NCBI GenBank assembly: GCA_008632985.1
Contig: QPGO01000208.1
Coordinates: forward strand, 1-64,000
Direction: 5' to 3'
DNA length: 64,000 bases
Source of the DNA: Psammoneis japonica
Taxonomy: Eukaryota
Shown here in pieces: positions 61,894-64,000 of the stretch (its first letter is position 1; every line of letters begins with the position of its first letter). Below the pieces are notes generated by a model. That model was not told the DNA's origin, did no database searches, and saw nothing but the letters and a program-made list of their open reading frames with translations. The position numbers and the translations under genes were made by a program.

Positions 61894-62690
61894 TCAGGCG
61901 GCGGTTGCGTATTGCGACATGATGTGGTCTCCGGTATCAGAATTGTGGCAACTCATGCCTTCGCCAAAGTAGTCTCGCGCCAACACCTTCACGGTGTAAT
62001 CAACAATGGTGATTTCAACCATAAAGAAGCTGTTCTTCGGGCCACCCCATAAATGAGAATACAGGTGCACATGGTAAACTGCGGCAAGAGTGTACGAGTG
62101 CACCAACAAGGTAACACTTGGGAGGACCCCAAGTCGCACAGTATCGATTCACCACGCAGTAGGACCAAGGATACTCCGGCTTGGGCCGTGGCCACCATGC
62201 TCCGTAACAGGCCTTGGCTGTCTCCAACGAAAAGTTGGAGTTGGCGAAGGACCAAAAGAGTGATACCATAACGGAGCCAAAGGATTCAACGGAGCAATAG
62301 CTGATCCATCCCAACAAGCGAGTCGGGTCGGGTTGTTGGTTGGCCAAACCAATCTCGTCATCCATGAGCAAATATGAAATAAAGAAGAAAGGGCAAAAGT
62401 AGAAGGACCCAAAGACATAAAACATTTTGTGTCGCGCAATGTCCGAGTCGAGTATGTAGTCGATTGTAAATGCTAACCACAACCAACACCACTACAACAG
62501 AAAACATCTTTGCCTTTGGAATCACCGTGACGGGTCCTTGAGACTTCATAGCACCCGATATCCGCCCAACATAAAGAAAAGCGTTGATGCCAGACAGAGA
62601 GTTTTTAGCAATTCCGAGGGAGGCAACTTGTCTCCGTACAAACGTACATAGACCTTGTTGAGGTTGCACAGAAAGGACTTGCACGAACGC
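61894..62690 (-). pseudogene. Nucleotide transporter (NTT / TLC ATP:ADP antiporter family) relic
   Basis: Across several frames: ELLKTLCLASTLFFMLGGY, IPKAKMFSVVVVLVVVSIYNRL, LGWISYCSVESFGSVMVSLFWSFANSNFSLETAKACYG, MVATAQ, FMVEITIVDYTVKVLA. Frameshifts and deletions. Confidence 0.8.
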
Positions 62691-63679
62691 TGTGCCATAG
62701 ATCCATGAAAATCACTCAGTGGCCGATTCATAAATGAGTCCTTACCGATTCATTCCCATCATCATCCAAGTCAGCCTAGTCCTGAACATTCAAGTTCTTC
62801 TTATTGGTCTCGTGACGATGGCATTGTCTTTTTGTAATGCTATGAATACTCAAAATTTCTGATGCAAGATGACTATCGTGCGTTTTGATTCACTGTTTTT
62901 CGTTCGTAAGTCGAGAAAAACGTAGCAATTACAACAACAAGAACGTCAAAGGTACTGTACTCTCGTCCTCGGTCTTGTTGTACTGCAACAAAAAATGGTT
63001 CCTCCATGCCGTCCTCGACACTCTTCAGAATGTTCTTCATAAAGCGGTCCACGACTCCTCGAGTATGTAATACAAAAGTGCAGTAGTTAGAAATGATAAC
63101 ATTGAGTGCAAATCAAACCACACACAACAACGACACCAACAACGCAACCGCATGAAAACTCACTTTATTGACAAGATGCTCGGTGTGTCATTCGTCAATA
63201 ATAAGCAAAGGTATACATACTTCAAAACACACCTGCACTCCACCAATCGTTCATTGGCCAGGATTCGAATAAAGAATTGTTACGAAGAGAGAAATAACAT
63301 GGATTTTGGTTGTCAACGTGTTGCTGAGCTCAGTGGCTTTTCTAATTCCATTGGCAGCTGAACTTCTCGGTTTGTCATACAGTCGTACACCCATAACTTT
63401 CTGGTCGGTCGCATCCACTCCCTTTTATCCTGAAATCGTCCTCAGGGCCAAGTACCATCCGAGATCGGAGGGTTCAACTTCTTTACCACAGTTGTCGTCT
63501 TTCGTCATGGTGATGCCATTTTTCCTCTTTGCTCTATTTTGCTTCTGACGACTGACGATTTTTGTGCTAATCGCGCGCTCGAAATTATCAGTCCGATAAT
63601 AGGTATAACGGTACGGTTATAACTGAATGTATTACCCCGCAGGATTTTCTACACGACGAGCATTTGAAGCTTTTGGGGA

Positions 63680-64000
63680 AAAGTCGATGAAGAGACGTTT
63701 CGAAAATTGAGAGTGCACAGCGCCACAACATCATTTTCAGTTTGCCTGCAATGATGGATGATGGCGTTGCTGAGTCGAAATGACTTTTTTGAATCCGTTG
63801 CAGCTGACAAAAGGCCAGCCAATTCCTGATGTTTTGGTTTCGTCAGCGCAAGAATGTCCCCCAACCTTGTTGTGCATTTTAGCACAACCAGCCAAGGCAT
63901 TGAAAGGGAGCGGGCATGCCCCGCTGCTCTTGTGGACACATTTGCATCCACGCATGCTGGTCTCCAAGCATTGGAGAGCCAGCCCAAATGCCTCATGTGC
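63680..64000. other. Start of a further TpA-depleted block
   Basis: About one TA (TTTAG) in the last ~320 nt, directly after a TA-rich stretch at 63585-63650. Confidence 0.55.

Noticed and set aside
1..64000. tRNA or rRNA genes
   Set aside because: None recognised by eye; a covariance-model search was not possible.

Overview
Eukaryotic nuclear DNA, most consistent with a (pennate) diatom. Evidence: short 80-160 nt introns, signal peptide + Phe-type plastid presequences, RxL motifs in secreted proteins, Ty1/copia relics and an NTT-family relic. The window is a mosaic of two compartments. (1) Ordinary gene islands: FKBP, NYN-LOTUS-SAP nuclease, Kazal-trypsin-ricin protease, a giant FG-GAP/mucin/GACC-repeat secreted protein, a PPR protein, RPL11, a double-domain CaMK-like kinase and several hypotheticals. 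(2) Sharply bounded blocks (~10.4-20.4, ~22.9-24.9, ~43.4-60.2 and >63.7 kb) of dead transposons, tandem repeats and gene relics. The main observation is that these blocks lack CpG, as expected from 5mC deamination, and also lack almost every TpA; both converge on CpA/TpG. Conserved Tyr codons in recognisable relics read Cys, His or Arg (copia RT YVDD reads CVDD), and neighbouring repeat copies differ TA/CA/CG at the same site. This points to a double-stranded, region-targeted TpA->TpG/CpA (A:T->G:C) hypermutation, the reverse of fungal RIP, which I do not recognise as described. The mechanism is inference, and a base-calling artefact must be excluded.
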